From: Campylobacterales bacterium
Lineage (GTDB): Bacteria > Campylobacterota > Campylobacteria > Campylobacterales > QNZT01
NCBI GenBank assembly: GCA_027066435.1
Contig: JAMONX010000060.1
Location: forward strand, 5,112-69,111
DNA: 64,000 nucleotides
Reading direction: 5' to 3'
The notes beneath the pieces are model-generated. The model was not told the origin of the DNA. It worked only from the letters and a program-made list of their open reading frames with translations, and did no database searches. A program made the position numbers and the translations under genes. Below are positions 44,756 to 55,023 of this stretch, in pieces. Positions within the stretch are counted from its first letter, which is position 1. Every line of letters begins with the position of its first letter.

Positions 44756-47700
44756 TTATTTTTTTGCTACTATATCACGCCCTCTATAACTCCAGACAAA
44801 AACCATTGGTATAAAAACTAAAGTCAAAAATGTTCCAACCATTAATCCTCCAATCGCAACAGCTCCCAAAGGGGCAAGTCTCTCTAGTCCTATCGCCCAA
44901 CCAAGTGCTACTGGTATCATACCTGCCGATACTGCAAGTGCTGTCATCAAAACAGGTCTTGTTCTTATGCGTATACTCTCTTTCATAGCATCTACAACAT
45001 CCATCCCTTGTTCAATCTTCTCTAGTGCAAAGTGTATGAGTAAAATTGCATTATTTACAATAACACCAGAGAGAAGCATAAATCCCATCATAGCAGGCAT
45101 AGATGTGTGGTAGTTTAGCATAAGGAGTATCCACGCGGCACCTGCAATTGTGAGTGGGATTGACACGATGACAAGAAGTGATGATTTTACTGAGTTAAAC
45201 ATAGGTATGAGTGTAAAAAAGATTAAGATTACAGCAAAAATAATAGCTTGTACCATTCGTCCAGCTGAGTTTTTAAACTGTGCTTCATCTCCAAGTTTTA
45301 CAAGCTCTACACCTTGGGGAATAGTCATATCTTTTGAGGCTTCTTCATAACTTGCCATTATATGTGAGATAGAAGCTTTTTCTCTAAAGCCATAGATATC
45401 TAGGGTATATTGGAGATTTTCTCTAGTGATAACATTTGGTTCATAGACCTCTTTTAATGTTACAAAAGTTTTTAATGGAACTTTTCCTCTAGGAGTTTCA
45501 ATCAAGACAGAGTTTAAACTCTCAATGGAGTCGAAATTTTTAAACCAAACTCGAATCGAAAAATCTTTTGCATTTTGAAGTGGAAAGAAAGATACTTTGG
45601 CTCCTCGAAGAAGTAGTTGTAAATTTGTACTGATTTGTTCAGAGTTTATGCCGTAGCTTGAAGCTAACTTCTCATCTATTTGATAGGTATAAATTTTTTT
45701 ATCTTTATCCCAAGTTTTAGCGAGTGATACGATTCCTTGGGTGTTGTAAATAGCTTTTTCTACCGCTTCACCTGCAACTTGAAGTTTATCAAAATCGTCG
45801 CTTAATAACATGATATCAATATTTCCTCTGATGCTTGAAAGTGCTGATGCACCAGAGTCAAAAACTAATAGATATTTTATATTTGGCAAAGTTGCAATAT
45901 CTTCTCTTAACTCTCTTTGTATCTCCCAAATACTCTCTTTTCTATCAAATCTATTGACATAATTTGCGGTGATTGAGATGTGGTCTATGCCACTTCCACT
46001 TCCTATGCTCATTATTCCAGCTTCACTTCCAATAGATGCAGAGACCTTTTGGATATGCTTATTTTTATAGAGTATCTCATTTACTTGTTGCAATAACTCT
46101 TCACTTTTAGCAATTGGTAGATTTGCATCTGTTGTAATGTTGATTTTTACTGTACCTGTATCCATCGCAGGCATTAACTCTTGTCCAACAATTGGCATAA
46201 CTAGTTTTACACTTACGAAAAATAACCCAAAAAGAAGAACAAAATAACTAAAAGCAACTTTTTTACTATTTAATCCTTTTGTAACAATACCTAAGAAAAA
46301 ATCTTTTAAAGAGTCATTTATTTTTGTTGAGATTTTATGAAAAAACTCTTCAGACTTTAAGATCCAAGGGTACTCAAGAGTTAAAATTTTCATTGACAAA
46401 AGAGGTACCGCAGTTATAGATATAACATAAGAGGCTGCAAGTGCGATAAGTAGTGTTCCAACAAGTGGTTGGAAAATAGTTTGGGGGTAGCCACCGACAA
46501 ATAGCATCGGAGAGAGAGCTATCATAGTAGTAACAGTTCCTGAGAAATCAGCAAACATTATCTCTTTTGTACCATCTATCACCGCTTTTTGTATAGGTTG
46601 ATTTAGCTCCCTATAATGCCTCTCTATATTTTCAAGTACCACAACAGCATCATCTAAAAGTAGTCCAAGTGCTAAGATGATAGCAGTCAACCCAACAACA
46701 GAAAACTCCATCCCGATTCCCCACATGATAGCAATCGTCGTCGCATAAACCAAAGGAATAGTAAAAGTTACGATAAGCACTTGTCTAAATGAAGCCAAAA
46801 AGAAAAAGACTACAAGGGTTGACATGATGATTGCATCCCTTAGCGATTCAAACATATTTGAGATGCTTTGCTCGATAATCTCTTTTTGTGTGTCAGTTGT
46901 CTCAAATGTGATTCCAGGATATTTTTTAGATAATTCCTCTATTTTTGCTTCAACATTTTCTATGGTTTTGACTACATCTTCACTAATACCTCTTTGTACA
47001 GATATAGCTATAGCTTTTTTACCATTACCATAATAAAGAGCAGAGTTTTTGTAGTGTTCAAATTTTACTTTTGCTACATCTTTTAATTTTATATCTTTTG
47101 TGATAGAAAGATCTAAAAGTGCTTGAATACTATTTCGTTTTCCAATATTTTTTACTAAAAAACTACTCTCTTTTGAGTCTATAAAGCCTATGGCATAATC
47201 TTTATTATTATTTTTAAGTGCGTTTATAACTGCATTTATTGGGAGGTTATAGCGGTCAAGTAGTTTTTTATCAATCTCTATGCGAAGCTCTTTTTCATAT
47301 CCGCCAAATATATCTACATTTGCTACACCCTCAACTGTAAGAAGGGAGTTTTTTATCTCATTTTGGGCTATCTCTTTTATATCTTGCAAAGAGAGTTTAT
47401 CGCTACTTGCTCCAAAAACTATGACTGGAGCAGTTGCTGCTGATATTTTGTGGATTTGTGGTTCAAGAAGTTCACTTGGAAGTGATGATCTTATTTTATT
47501 GATGGAGTTTGTAACATCATTTGCCGCACTAGAGAGTTCTTTGCCATACTCAAATTCAACTCTTATAACGCTAACTTCATCGATAGTATTTGAATAAACT
47601 CGACGAACTCTATCTATGGAGTAGAACTCTTTTTCACTAGGTACAGCAATATTGGATGCGATATCTTTAGCAGAAGCTCCTGGCTGAATCATCACAACAG

Positions 47701-47848
47701 CAATTTCAGGGCGGTTAGAGTCAGGAAAAAGTTTTCTATCTATCTCTCCATAACCGATAATTCCCAAAAAGACAAATAGTGTCAAAAATGAGTATATAAA
47801 TGCAGGTCGTTTTAAAACCTTCTCTATAAATGAACTATTTTTCATCAA
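44756..47848 (-). CDS. RND efflux transporter, inner-membrane permease (AcrB/CzcA superfamily)
   Basis: 1030 aa with a 12-TM architecture and two large periplasmic loops. Last gene of the tolC-MFP-RND operon. Confidence 0.9.
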   Translation of the reverse strand: MMKNSSFIEKVLKRPAFIYSFLTLFVFLGIIGYGEIDRKLFPDSNRPEIAVVMIQPGASAKDIASNIAVPSEKEFYSIDRVRRVYSNTIDEVSVIRVEFEYGKELSSAANDVTNSINKIRSSLPSELLEPQIHKISAATAPVIVFGASSDKLSLQDIKEIAQNEIKNSLLTVEGVANVDIFGGYEKELRIEIDKKLLDRYNLPINAVINALKNNNKDYAIGFIDSKESSFLVKNIGKRNSIQALLDLSITKDIKLKDVAKVKFEHYKNSALYYGNGKKAIAISVQRGISEDVVKTIENVEAKIEELSKKYPGITFETTDTQKEIIEQSISNMFESLRDAIIMSTLVVFFFLASFRQVLIVTFTIPLVYATTIAIMWGIGMEFSVVGLTAIILALGLLLDDAVVVLENIERHYRELNQPIQKAVIDGTKEIMFADFSGTVTTMIALSPMLFVGGYPQTIFQPLVGTLLIALAASYVISITAVPLLSMKILTLEYPWILKSEEFFHKISTKINDSLKDFFLGIVTKGLNSKKVAFSYFVLLFGLFFVSVKLVMPIVGQELMPAMDTGTVKINITTDANLPIAKSEELLQQVNEILYKNKHIQKVSASIGSEAGIMSIGSGSGIDHISITANYVNRFDRKESIWEIQRELREDIATLPNIKYLLVFDSGASALSSIRGNIDIMLLSDDFDKLQVAGEAVEKAIYNTQGIVSLAKTWDKDKKIYTYQIDEKLASSYGINSEQISTNLQLLLRGAKVSFFPLQNAKDFSIRVWFKNFDSIESLNSVLIETPRGKVPLKTFVTLKEVYEPNVITRENLQYTLDIYGFREKASISHIMASYEEASKDMTIPQGVELVKLGDEAQFKNSAGRMVQAIIFAVILIFFTLIPMFNSVKSSLLVIVSIPLTIAGAAWILLMLNYHTSMPAMMGFMLLSGVIVNNAILLIHFALEKIEQGMDVVDAMKESIRIRTRPVLMTALAVSAGMIPVALGWAIGLERLAPLGAVAIGGLMVGTFLTLVFIPMVFVWSYRGRDIVAKK

Positions 47849-48893
47849 AAACTACTTTAATATTTTGAAGTATTGGAAGTCTTGATAGCTTGGATTCACT
47901 TCCTATCGCAACTGGTTCTGTTATAGGAGGAGAGATGATAGCGAATTGATCATTTGCCACATTTATCTCTACTCTTTCTTTAAAAAATTGACCATCTTTA
48001 TAAACCATAACATTTATATCCTTGTCATGTAAAAGAGCATTTAAAGGAACTGCCATACCTTTTTCACTTTTTAAAACCACTCTTATATCTACTGATGAAC
48101 CACTTGGCAGTTTCAAATCATTTTTTAGTAAGATTTCAGCATTAATGAGGCTGTTTTTGCTTGTTTGGTAAATTGAGGTAACTTCTTCTATAAAGCCATT
48201 TACTTCTACTTTTTGTCCTACTTTTATAGGAGTATTTGGAGCAAATGAAAATAGAAGCTGTTTTTGCTCCCCAACAATATCCATAATAGGTCGACTAGGA
48301 GCTGAAAGTGAACCCTCTTTTATAAATATAGTTCCTACTATTCCACTTAAGGGAGAGTGGATTTTTGTATAAGTTAAAAGGTTCTTTTTCGCTTTTATGC
48401 TTTCCTCAATTGTTGTCAATTTTGCTTTTTTGCCAGAAAGAGCAAGTTCTGCCATCTCATAAGACTCTTTTGAAATTCCTCCTATATCATAAAGTGCTTT
48501 TGCTCTTTTTAAACTTTTATAAGAGAGTGACAAATCTTGTTTTGCTAAATTTTTATTTGCCTTTAGACTCTCTATAGAGGAGATTATATCTCTATCATCA
48601 ACCTCTACTAATAAATCTCCTTTTTTTACACTTTGAGACTCTTTTACATATATTTTTTTAATATAAGCACTAACTTTTGAGCTGATTTTTGGTTGATTTA
48701 CAGCTCTTAGTGTCGCTAAAAATAGTTCACTTTGGTTAATCTTTTTGAGGGTTGGTTTATAAGCTTTGATAGTTGTTGCGATTATTTTTGCGGTAGGAGC
48801 ATCGGCAATCTCTTGTTTTCTTTTTTTGACAAGTATAACTGCAGATATAACAATCGCTATGACTACAATGAGTCCTATTATCTTTTTAATCAT
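47835..48893 (-). CDS. RND efflux periplasmic adaptor (membrane fusion protein)
   Basis: TM anchor MIKKIIGLIVVIAIVISAVILV, then lipoyl/barrel-sandwich hybrid motifs. I place the start at Met50 of the track ORF (48893), 4 nt after the tolC-like stop. The longer 49040 start would overlap the upstream gene by 143 nt. Confidence 0.8.
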   Translation of the reverse strand: MIKKIIGLIVVIAIVISAVILVKKRKQEIADAPTAKIIATTIKAYKPTLKKINQSELFLATLRAVNQPKISSKVSAYIKKIYVKESQSVKKGDLLVEVDDRDIISSIESLKANKNLAKQDLSLSYKSLKRAKALYDIGGISKESYEMAELALSGKKAKLTTIEESIKAKKNLLTYTKIHSPLSGIVGTIFIKEGSLSAPSRPIMDIVGEQKQLLFSFAPNTPIKVGQKVEVNGFIEEVTSIYQTSKNSLINAEILLKNDLKLPSGSSVDIRVVLKSEKGMAVPLNALLHDKDINVMVYKDGQFFKERVEINVANDQFAIISPPITEPVAIGSESKLSRLPILQNIKVVFDEK

Positions 48894-48897
48894 CTCT

Positions 48898-50139
48898 CTA
48901 TTCTCCGTTTTCTGTGATATATTTGTAGTGATAGATTGCACTTTGAAGTGCGTATTTTGCATTAATCTCTTTAGATAGTGTGTTTTGGTGACGGCTTTTT
49001 GAGAAGAGCAGGTCATATATTGTGCCAACTCCTTGAACATAACGCATCTCTTCTATTTTCATACTCTCTTTGACTAGTTCTAACTCTGTTTTGGCACTTT
49101 GAAGTTTAGTGACGGCTATATCAACTCTTAGTTTTGACTCTTTTAAATCTTTGGCAAGAGTAAGAGCTATCTTTTTTGTTTGAAGTGAACTTTGCAAACT
49201 CTCAATCTTTGCTTTTTGCACCATAGAACTACGAGAGCCAAAATCAAACAAAACCCAGTTTAAACCGATACCAACTTGCCAAATATCATCACTTTCACCT
49301 TCACCATAATTATTCCCATAGTAGCCATTTGCACTAAGTTTTGGATAGTAGGAGCTTTTTGCATTTTCTAGTTTTTTTTCACTCTGCTTTTGTGTCAAGA
49401 GGCTTAATTGATAACGGCTAAGAGATTTTATATCACTCGCATCTAAGTTAGCATTTGAGTTAATTTTAATATCTTCAATATTTGTAATCTCCTCTATACC
49501 TATGACAGATGCAAGTGTGGCTTTTAAAATATCTATATTTGATTCTAGCTCTTTTACTCCAGCATTTGCACTCTCTAAATCTGCTTTGATTTTCAATAAA
49601 TCAATTTTTGGTTTTTTTCCAACCTTTACACCTAAAGAGACAATTTTTTCAAGCTCTCGTAATGCATCTTGATAACTAAGTGCTGCATTTTTTTGTGATT
49701 TTAGTGAGAGGATTTTCAGATAGAGTGACCTGATATTGTAAATGAGCTGCTCCTTTGAGAGCTTAAGTGCAATCTTTGAAGCCTCTAGTGAGAGTGAAGC
49801 TATTTCAATATCTCTCATTCCAGAAAACCCACTAAAAAGTGCAACATCATAAGCAATACCCAAACTTCCTATATCTTTGCTTGTTGTGATATCTGGAGCA
49901 ATTGGAGGCACAATAGGTGTAAGAGTTCTTGGGATATTGTATCTCGTGTAACTACCTCTTAATGCAACATTGCCATAGTTTGAAGCTTTTTTTAGATTTT
50001 TTGCCTCTTTTGAGAGTAAGACTCTATTTTGTTGCATTAAAAAATCTGGATTGTTTTTAAGCCCCAACTTTACCGCATCTTCAAGTGAAATTGCTTGTAA
50101 AGTTAGAGCTGATAAAAGTATCAGTGTTGCTGTTTTCAT
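48898..50139 (-). CDS. TolC-family outer-membrane efflux channel
   Basis: Signal peptide, and two tandem coiled-coil/beta repeats typical of outer-membrane factor proteins. 413 aa. Confidence 0.85.
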   Translation of the reverse strand: MKTATLILLSALTLQAISLEDAVKLGLKNNPDFLMQQNRVLLSKEAKNLKKASNYGNVALRGSYTRYNIPRTLTPIVPPIAPDITTSKDIGSLGIAYDVALFSGFSGMRDIEIASLSLEASKIALKLSKEQLIYNIRSLYLKILSLKSQKNAALSYQDALRELEKIVSLGVKVGKKPKIDLLKIKADLESANAGVKELESNIDILKATLASVIGIEEITNIEDIKINSNANLDASDIKSLSRYQLSLLTQKQSEKKLENAKSSYYPKLSANGYYGNNYGEGESDDIWQVGIGLNWVLFDFGSRSSMVQKAKIESLQSSLQTKKIALTLAKDLKESKLRVDIAVTKLQSAKTELELVKESMKIEEMRYVQGVGTIYDLLFSKSRHQNTLSKEINAKYALQSAIYHYKYITENGE

Positions 50140-50209
50140 ATAAACCCCAATATGTAAGTGTCGTAATCTTACAAGAATAACATGAATTAAATATGAATTA
50201 TAAAAGAAA

Positions 50210-50917
50210 TTATTTTTGAGATATTATAAGTGTTGAAATATCCAATGAATAACCTTTGTCAACTTTTATATCAAAACCAATCTCTTTGAGTTCATCAATC
50301 AACATCTCTTTTGTTAAAAAACCTTCAATTGAGTTTGGTAGATAACTATATGCTTCATAATTTTTAGATAAAAGTCCTCCAACAAGTGGTAAGATCTTTT
50401 TCATATAAAAATCTCTCACTCTTGAAGCGATACTAGCCTTTTTGAGTTTTGTAAATTCTAAAATCACTAAAAGTCCTCCAGGTTTCAAAACTCTGTAAAA
50501 TTCTTCTAATCCCTCTTTTCTATCTATAACATTTCTAAGCCCGTAAGAGATACTTAAGATATCCACACTATCTGTTTCAAATGGAAGTTTTTTTGCCTCA
50601 GCTATTTGAAATTCTGCATTAAGATCTTTCTTTTTAGCTTCATTTAGCATTCCAGTTGATGGGTCAACACCAACAATTTTTTTTACTTTTACACTGTTTT
50701 TTTCTGCATGCTTATCCCAAAACTCGCACATATCGCCAGTTCCACAAGCTACATCTAAAATAATATCGATTGATTTTTGATTGTAAAGCTCATATGTTTT
50801 ATCACATGCATCTTTTCTCCAACTCTTATCAACTCCAAAACTAAGAACTCTATTGGCAACATCGTAAGTACCTGCTATATCGTCAAACATTGTGACTATT
50901 TTTTCTTGTTTACTCAA
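50210..50917 (-). CDS. ubiE: Demethylmenaquinone/ubiquinone C-methyltransferase
   Basis: N-terminal FDDIAGTYDVANRVLSFG signature and SAM-binding motif DVACGTGD. Confidence 0.9.
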   Translation of the reverse strand: MSKQEKIVTMFDDIAGTYDVANRVLSFGVDKSWRKDACDKTYELYNQKSIDIILDVACGTGDMCEFWDKHAEKNSVKVKKIVGVDPSTGMLNEAKKKDLNAEFQIAEAKKLPFETDSVDILSISYGLRNVIDRKEGLEEFYRVLKPGGLLVILEFTKLKKASIASRVRDFYMKKILPLVGGLLSKNYEAYSYLPNSIEGFLTKEMLIDELKEIGFDIKVDKGYSLDISTLIISQK

Positions 50918-50929
50918 AACTTTTTATCC

Positions 50930-51694
50930 CTATTTATAATATTTTAATGCTTTTGGAATAAGAGATTTTATCCTATTAATCCTATTTATGTCAGCTGGAT
51001 GCGTTGATAGAAACTCTGGTGGGTTTTTAGTATTTTGTTTTAATCTTCTCATATTATCCCAAAATCTTACAGCTTCATTTGGGTTATATCCAGCTTTTGT
51101 CATAAGATATAGACCAATTTCATCAGATTCATACTCAAACTTCCTACTAAATGGAAGTACCATACCATATGTTTCGCCAACACCATAAGCTTGATCTATG
51201 ATTTGTGAATATTGCCCTCCACCTAATGTTTTGGATGCGATCTCTTTACCCATCCTTCCGAGTTGAATCATGCTCATCCTCTCTGCCCCATGTCTTGCAA
51301 TGGCATGAGCTACTTCATGACCCATAACAACCGCTAATTGATCTTCATTTTGTACAGCTTTAAACAGACCTGTATATACAAATACTTTCCCTCCTGGTAG
51401 ACAAAAAGCATTTAAAACATCTTTATCAATTACAAAAAATTGCCATTTATAGCCTGGTTGATCAGCTGCTGCGGCAATTCTTTTTCCTACTCTTTGAACT
51501 AGAGCATTGATTCTTCTATCGTTACTGATTTTTTCTGTTTTTAATATTTGTTGGGCTGATTGGTATCCCATTTGTAACTCTTGTGCAGGAGAAAACATTA
51601 TCATTTGTTGCCTATTGGTATAGGGTGTTTTACTACAGGCTGAAAAAAAACTTGCAACCAAAACTAAAAAAGCAATATTTAAGAATCTCTTCAT
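50930..51694 (-). CDS. M48 family metallopeptidase lipoprotein
   Basis: Lipobox (SFFSAC) and HEVAHAIARH zinc motif. Confidence 0.85.
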   Translation of the reverse strand: MKRFLNIAFLVLVASFFSACSKTPYTNRQQMIMFSPAQELQMGYQSAQQILKTEKISNDRRINALVQRVGKRIAAAADQPGYKWQFFVIDKDVLNAFCLPGGKVFVYTGLFKAVQNEDQLAVVMGHEVAHAIARHGAERMSMIQLGRMGKEIASKTLGGGQYSQIIDQAYGVGETYGMVLPFSRKFEYESDEIGLYLMTKAGYNPNEAVRFWDNMRRLKQNTKNPPEFLSTHPADINRINRIKSLIPKALKYYK

Positions 51695-51750
51695 GCTAAA
51701 CCTTTTTTTGAGAGATTATATCAAAAAAATAAAAAAATTAGATGTAAAGA

Positions 51751-53163
51751 TTATTTATACAAAGTTTTTTGTTTTTTAAACTCGAGCATCGCATCTTTTA
51801 GTATTTGACTCTTCTCTAAAATAGCCTTATTACTCTCTTTTTCAACTATCTTTAGTATATCTTCATCTTTTGTCTCTATATTTTCTAAATAAGTCTTGGC
51901 AATTAAGCTTTTTTTCTTTAGTTTCTTAAAATCAGTCAATTTTGTTAATACTGCTTTTAGGCTTTTTTTCATTGCTTTATTTTTACTTTTTTCCATTGCC
52001 ATATCGAAATTTTTTAACAATATCTTTAATTTAACCATTGGTTTTTTTATTTTTTTATTATCTTGACATCCCTCAAGTTTTTCACATAATGATATAATCT
52101 TTTTATAATTTATAGATATTCTATTTTTAAGACTATCATTGATTGATATTTGTCCATCATTGGAAAAAAGTCTTTTGCTACTCTCTTTTAAAAGTAATTC
52201 GTACTGTTTAAAAATGATTGATACCTTACGGGTTGTAAAAAAATGTTCTATATTTGCTTTCTCAAAAGAGATAGATTTATCAATATTGCTTTGAATCATT
52301 TGCATTTTGTCTAGCTCAATAAGTGTATCCATTTTTTGAAGTTCATTTTTGATAAATTGAAGATCTTTTTCTTTTTTTAATGCCAAATCAAATAATTTTA
52401 GATGCACTTTTACTTTTTGAACAATATTTTTATCAAAAATATTATTATATTCATCTAATATAGCTCTACTATTTTTTAATGCATATTTAAAATCTTTCAA
52501 ACCTTCATTTAAATTCCCATGCAAAATGACATCATGGCTTATTTTTAAATCTATAAAGAGTTTATAAAGTACAATTCGTACTGCGTCTGATGTTTTCATT
52601 TTTTTAAAAATTATATTTTTAAGATTTACTATACGACCTAATTCAATATCCTTAAATATTGTATAGATATTATATGAACTATTTTCTGGATTATCAAATA
52701 GTGCTAAATTACTACTTTGATATAGTTTATCTCTTGTAACCTCTTTTATCATGAAGTTTTTAAAAATATCTGGAAGGACAAAATTTTGAGCATCTCTTCT
52801 TTTTTTAAAATCAATTTCTAGTATATAGATGTCTTCAAGATAATCGTTATATTTGTCTATAAAATATTTTTCACCGCTCTCTTGCAATAAATACCTATCT
52901 TTTGATATCAAACTGCCAACCATATTTTTCTCTTTTTTATGATATCGTTTTTTTGAAATCTCAGTAATTTTTTTATTTGTTGATCCGATAGAGCCTGTTT
53001 GAGTTATTTTAAAATATTTTGAATCAATACTACTGTATTTTACTTTTTTGCACACTCTTACAATTGTATAAAATTCTAAAATATTTTGTTTTGTTAACTG
53101 TAGGTCTTCTATTAATGTTTCAATACTCTTATTTAACAGATACTTTCTTTCAATCTTATACAT
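51751..53163 (-). CDS. Hypothetical protein, possible CYTH N-terminal domain plus helical (CHAD-like) C-terminal domain
   Basis: The N-terminus MYKIERKYLL resembles the CYTH ExExK signature. The remaining ~300 aa is Lys-rich and helical. Weak, by-eye assignment only. Confidence 0.35.
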   Translation of the reverse strand: MYKIERKYLLNKSIETLIEDLQLTKQNILEFYTIVRVCKKVKYSSIDSKYFKITQTGSIGSTNKKITEISKKRYHKKEKNMVGSLISKDRYLLQESGEKYFIDKYNDYLEDIYILEIDFKKRRDAQNFVLPDIFKNFMIKEVTRDKLYQSSNLALFDNPENSSYNIYTIFKDIELGRIVNLKNIIFKKMKTSDAVRIVLYKLFIDLKISHDVILHGNLNEGLKDFKYALKNSRAILDEYNNIFDKNIVQKVKVHLKLFDLALKKEKDLQFIKNELQKMDTLIELDKMQMIQSNIDKSISFEKANIEHFFTTRKVSIIFKQYELLLKESSKRLFSNDGQISINDSLKNRISINYKKIISLCEKLEGCQDNKKIKKPMVKLKILLKNFDMAMEKSKNKAMKKSLKAVLTKLTDFKKLKKKSLIAKTYLENIETKDEDILKIVEKESNKAILEKSQILKDAMLEFKKQKTLYK

Positions 53164-53287
53164 GGAACTCCTTTTAGGTATTATACAAAAAAAAGTAACT
53201 TTTAGTAAGATTTTTGATTAAAAAGTAAAGAAAAACATTATTTTACTCAAGTGTGTAGCAAAACTTCACTTTTATAGAAATATTTTA

Positions 53288-53311
53288 TTAAGTAGAGTTT
53301 ACTCTACTTAA
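53288..53311 (-). terminator. Perfect 10-bp hairpin directly after the stop of the 53315..54424 gene
   Basis: TTAAGTAGAG / CTCTACTTAA with a 4-nt loop, starting 4 nt downstream of the stop. The trailing sequence is A/T-rich but not a clean U-tract. Confidence 0.4.
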
Positions 53312-53314
53312 TAA

Positions 53315-54424
53315 TTAAAGACCTAAAGATTTTAGAGTCTCTTTTGTTAATGCACCGGTTGAAAGCTTATTTGCTCTTTGATATTTTTCTAAAGCTGCTC
53401 TTGTTCTCCATCCAAAAATACCGTCAATTGGACCTGGATTTATGCCAGCTGCTTTAAGTGCTCTTTGAACATCTCTTGTAGTTGCAGTAGTCATATTCGT
53501 TTTACAAAGTACACTTTGCCATTTAAGTTCTGCATCGCTTACTTTAACTTTTTTTGTAACTGTTTGATAAGTTTCTGGAATCAGATTTTTCTTTACAGAA
53601 GCAGGAGAAATCAGTTCTTTAACTTTTATTGTTTTATAAACAGCTGGAACAGGAACAGATTTTGTTGTAGCAGGAGTATCTAAAACGGTTCTAGTAACTG
53701 TTTTGTATTTTGCTGGAATTGGAATAGATTTTGTAGTAGCAGGAGTTTTTAAAATCCTTTTTGTAACGGTTCTATATTGTGCAGGTACATTTACTAAGCA
53801 TAAAATTTCACCTGTTAAGTTATTTAACTTTTCAACAGGACCTCTACCTTTTTTCCACGCTGTGTGTGCAGCTTTAACCAAGATTTTTTCAGTAACCGTT
53901 TCATAAGTAGCAGGAACTTTAACTAATCTCTCACTTGCTTCGCTTACGAGAACCTTTTCAGTTATCTTTTTGTAAGTAGCAGGAACTGGAACCAATCTCT
54001 CACTAGCTTCTCTTACCAATATTTTTTTCGTAACCATACCGTATTTAGCAGGAATTACTGTAATGTTTTCACCAGCCTCCCTTGAGAGAACTTTCTCTGT
54101 CTGTAACTGATATTTTGCAGGAATAAGCACTCTTGCATAACACTCTCCAGCTTTTGCATTTGGTGGATAAAGAGAGCTTGTACCAGGTACAACTACCTGT
54201 TTTACAATAGTTTTACCTTGTTTAGCTCTAGCTTCCAATATTGCGACTTGAAGAGCCTCAATTTGCTTGTCTTTATCATCTTGCATGTGAACAACATTTG
54301 TAACCTCGGGAGTAGAAGCAACCACAGGTGTATTACAACTTCTCTTTTCAGCACAGCCACTTATACTTAAAGCTACCGCCGCGGATAATAGTATCGGTAA
54401 ACTTTTTTTATTTTTAACAATCAT
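53315..54424 (-). CDS. Lipoprotein with internal ~24-aa repeats and C-terminal peptidoglycan-binding domain
   Basis: Lipobox (LSISGC). About eight repeats of P-A-x-Y-x-T-V-T-x-K-V-L type. The C-terminal VQRALKAAGINPGPIDGIFGWRTRAALEKYQ matches the PG_binding_1 signature. Confidence 0.7.
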   Translation of the reverse strand: MIVKNKKSLPILLSAAVALSISGCAEKRSCNTPVVASTPEVTNVVHMQDDKDKQIEALQVAILEARAKQGKTIVKQVVVPGTSSLYPPNAKAGECYARVLIPAKYQLQTEKVLSREAGENITVIPAKYGMVTKKILVREASERLVPVPATYKKITEKVLVSEASERLVKVPATYETVTEKILVKAAHTAWKKGRGPVEKLNNLTGEILCLVNVPAQYRTVTKRILKTPATTKSIPIPAKYKTVTRTVLDTPATTKSVPVPAVYKTIKVKELISPASVKKNLIPETYQTVTKKVKVSDAELKWQSVLCKTNMTTATTRDVQRALKAAGINPGPIDGIFGWRTRAALEKYQRANKLSTGALTKETLKSLGL

Positions 54425-54513
54425 CGTGAACTCCTTAAATTCAATAACTTGTATTATCTAATAAAATAATTGAGTATATGATAATAAAATATAATTAATA
54501 AGTCAATTTAATT

Positions 54514-54960
54514 TTAACTTAATAAATCTTTTACCTCCGTACTTATCCTTTTACCATCGGCACAAGTTCCTACTCTATCGACCACTAACTTCATAACAGC
54601 TCCCATCTCTTTCATACTACTCGCTTTACTTAGTAAAATAATTTCTTTAATTATTGCTCTTAACTCATCATCATTTAACTGTTTAGGAAGATACTCTTTT
54701 AAGAGATTTGCCTCGTTAATCTCTTTTTCGCTCAAATCTTCTCTTTGTGCTTCTTTATACTGTTTAGCTGCATCTTCTCGTTGTTTTATGGATTTTTGGA
54801 TTATTTTATATATATCATCATCTGTTAACTCTTTTCTTTCATCCACTTCAACTTGCTTTAGTGCTGCCATCAAAAATCTAATCGTATCTCTCTTGAAAAC
54901 ATCTTTTGATTTCATAGCAGTTTTTAAATCATCTTTTAATCTATTTTTTATTTCACTCAT
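54514..54960 (-). CDS. GatB/YqeY domain protein
   Basis: 148 aa with the typical N-terminal LKDDLKTAMKSKD and RxxxLRxLxAxxKQxEVD pattern. Confidence 0.8.
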   Translation of the reverse strand: MSEIKNRLKDDLKTAMKSKDVFKRDTIRFLMAALKQVEVDERKELTDDDIYKIIQKSIKQREDAAKQYKEAQREDLSEKEINEANLLKEYLPKQLNDDELRAIIKEIILLSKASSMKEMGAVMKLVVDRVGTCADGKRISTEVKDLLS

Positions 54961-55023
54961 TTATACTCATCCTTGGAACAAAATTTGCTACAAGTATAAC
55001 AAATTTATGATTTAGGATAAAAA

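Noticed and set aside
47835-49040. Track ORF gives the RND adaptor a 49-aa N-terminal extension that overlaps the tolC-like gene by 143 nt.
   Set aside because: The extension has no signal or TM character. Met50 begins a typical anchor (MIKKIIGLIVV...) 4 nt after the upstream stop, so 48893 is the preferred start.
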